DNA of 64,000 nucleotides from Negaprion brevirostris (taxonomy: Eukaryota): the NCBI GenBank assembly GCA_030324005.1, contig JARDVH010000059.1, positions 68,891,383 through 68,955,382 on the forward strand. The letters are read 5' to 3'. Shown here in pieces: positions 61,715-64,000 of this stretch. The number at the start of each line of letters is the position of its first letter. Positions within the stretch are counted from its first letter, which is position 1. The position numbers and the translations under genes are program-made. The notes under the pieces are model-generated. The model saw nothing but the letters and a program-made list of their open reading frames with translations, had not been told where the DNA came from and ran no database searches.

Positions 61715-63630
61715 GATCTTAGAAGACACTTTATGGAACAAAAGTGCAGGAGACCGTCAAACCATTTATGCTGTGATGGCATAAAACCCCATAGGTGTCC
61801 TGCAAGCAATGCAAAATGCTTTCACTGCAAAATATTTGGACACTTTGGGAAGATGTGGAGAACTAAAACCTCTAGATCTGCAGGAAAATGAGCGGCTCTT
61901 TGGACACATGGACATAAATGAAGTTGACGAATTTCAACAAGAGGAACAGGAGTATTTCTGAGGTGAGATCAAAGAACTTAGGTATAAATTTTGGATGCAG
62001 ATATTAGTTCCAATGGACACCTCACTAATTTCAAATTGGATACGGGAGCATGTCTGACAAGGAACCTTGGCTAGTAGTACAATCCCTGAAGCCAACAGCA
62101 AACTAGTTATATGGCCCAGCAGGGATCAAGCTACAGGTCAAAGGTACATTGCAAGCAATGCTCCAATACAATAACAAACAGATATGGGAAACATAATACA
62201 TCCTTCACAGTCAGGAATTCTCCCTTCCAGGTTGAAAAGCTCGTGTCAACCTCATCCAAAGGATTGACGAAATCAACAAACAAGGACCTGGGTTTAACTA
62301 CAAAAAGGACTTCCCAAAACTATTCACTGGACTAAATATGGTGTAATGTTGAGAAAAGATGCTAGATCCATGTGTCTTTTCACACTGAGAAAGAAACTGC
62401 ATCCACTCATGAAACAGGTCCAAATGTAACTTGATTAAATTAACAAATGAGAGTCATTTCTGCTGTCACTCAGCCTACAGAATGGTCCTCCAGAATGGTT
62501 CCAGTTCCTAAACCAAATTGGTCCCTTCACAAGTGTGTATACTTGACTCAACTTAATAAGGGAAATTCATCCAATATCCTTGGTGGATGATGGCTTGACT
62601 AAGTTGTCCAAGACTGTTCTTGAAGCTGGGTGCCAATAGTATCTTTGACAGGTGGTGTTCATTATTTTTATTACTCATTTCACCAGATTTTGCTATAATT
62701 GTTCACTATTTGGCAGAAATGTCTACCATATTGCAGAACCTTAAAGTTTTGATATGTCATATGGATGACGTCCTTGTCCACAAAGCAACACCGATGAACA
62801 CGACTGGAGACTTAAAACAGTTTTGAGCTGTCTGCTGGAAGATGATGATAATTGTGAATTCCTCAAATCATTCATTCACATTGTAAGTAGTACAATCATA
62901 ATGACGGACCCAAAAAAACAAGGGCCATCTGTAAATTTTTGACCCCTTCATCCATTCTGGATCTTCAACAATTCCTGGGCATGGTAAATCAGCTGGCAAA
63001 ATTCCAGCTGAACTGAGCACAAGTCACAAATCCCTTGAGACACTTATTGAAGAAGGTTCAAATCTGGTGATGGCATGCATATCAAGAGCTGGCATTCTGC
63101 CAGATTAAAAGCATGCTGCCCCCATCAGATAACGTAACTTACTACAATCCATCCTACTGACCACAGTCACAGCTGATGCCACATTTACAGGACTGGGGAC
63201 AGTCCTGTTTCAAGCACAACTGAATGGATGCCGTGGGCCAGTCTATTACACATCTCAGGCGTTACCCCACACAGAAATGAGTTATGTGGTTATATTGAAA
63301 AAGCAGCTCTCGCAGTTATGTGGGCTGGTGAGAAATTCTTTGCCCATGTGATCAGACCACAAACCATTAGTCTAATTACTGGATGAAAAGGGACTCAGCA
63401 GAATGTGATCCCCCTACCCCCCTCAACAAAACACACAGAATCTAGAGATTTTGTTGAAGACGAAAGCATCTCTTTTACAAAATGCTATATGCCCAGGGAA
63501 AGCTACAAATGGCAGTGGACACATTTTCCAGGGCCACAGCTGACCAGCTAACCTGCACCACAGGATCCCTTCCTAGTCAATGACATTGAGATCTATTCTC
63601 AGTTCATGGTCGAACAATTGCCACATTTCT
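61715..63630 (+). mobile_element. Gypsy/Ty3 LTR-retrotransposon gag-pol relic
   Basis: CPASNAKCFHCKIFGHF knuckle, FKLDTGA protease, MVPVPKP...VYLTQLNK and ICHMDDVLV RT, TADATFTGLGTVLFQ RNase H, in Gypsy order. Integrase and LTRs not seen. Confidence 0.9.
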
Positions 63631-63926
63631 ATCGACAGCCTCCTTTTAACATTGGCTGCCTCCTCCCAAGCTGGACTGTCCCCTGCAGATCCCCCCTAGC
63701 CTCACAATCTCCCCCCTGGTAGCCACCTCCCTCTGTCCACCAGCCTGGGCCTCACCTCCCCTCACCACCCTGAGACACCCTTAAGCTGACCTGTTTCAAA
63801 AGTCCCGAGACTTAGCCTCTGGGGACTACTTGTAGATTTGTAGAAGAACTGCCGACTAATCAGATAATCAGATTAGTTGGCAGCTCTCTGATGCAAGACT
63901 AAGTGGGAGGGTCCAGCCAATTAATG

Positions 63927-63928
<2 letters not shown>

Positions 63929-63979
<51 letters not shown>
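63929..63979. repeat. (GT)n microsatellite
   Basis: Direct reading of the sequence. Confidence 0.98.
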
Positions 63980-63980
<1 letters not shown>

Positions 63981-64000
63981 TTAAGTCTGTGTGTATGTGT

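Noticed and set aside
63846-63886. Hairpin gaactgccgactaatc / gattagttggcagctc as an ncRNA
   Set aside because: Similar palindromes occur inside Harbinger-type elements at ~20235 and ~21050; part of a repeat
1-64000. CRISPR arrays, operons or prokaryotic defence systems
   Set aside because: Sequence is vertebrate and repeat-rich; no regularly spaced repeat-spacer structure or dense intact ORFs

Overview
Repeat-dense vertebrate genomic DNA, almost certainly a shark or other elasmobranch. This is inferred from HE1-type V-SINEs, DeuSINE/SacSINE1-like SINEs, and CR1/HER1-type LINE tails. It appears to be a draft assembly with many 10-N and 100-N gaps at young repeats. No intact host protein-coding gene is recognisable, and most ORFs in the track are spurious or are transposon relics. 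The window holds decayed CR1, Rex1/Babar, Tx1 and L1 LINEs, Penelope-like (RT + GIY-YIG) elements, PIF/Harbinger transposase and Myb/SANT relics with many MITE derivatives, a Gypsy gag-pol relic and a solo LTR. The most interesting signal is a Penelope-like family whose 3' end carries a minimal type-I hammerhead ribozyme. There are five copies with co-varying stem II, plus TSD-flanked mini-insertions (79 and 38 bp) and a 5'-inverted copy. Also notable are a decayed reading frame at about 11.4-12.2 kb with an HNF1/HMBOX1-like homeodomain pattern and one candidate minus-strand exon. All family assignments come from motif recognition by eye; no database search was run.
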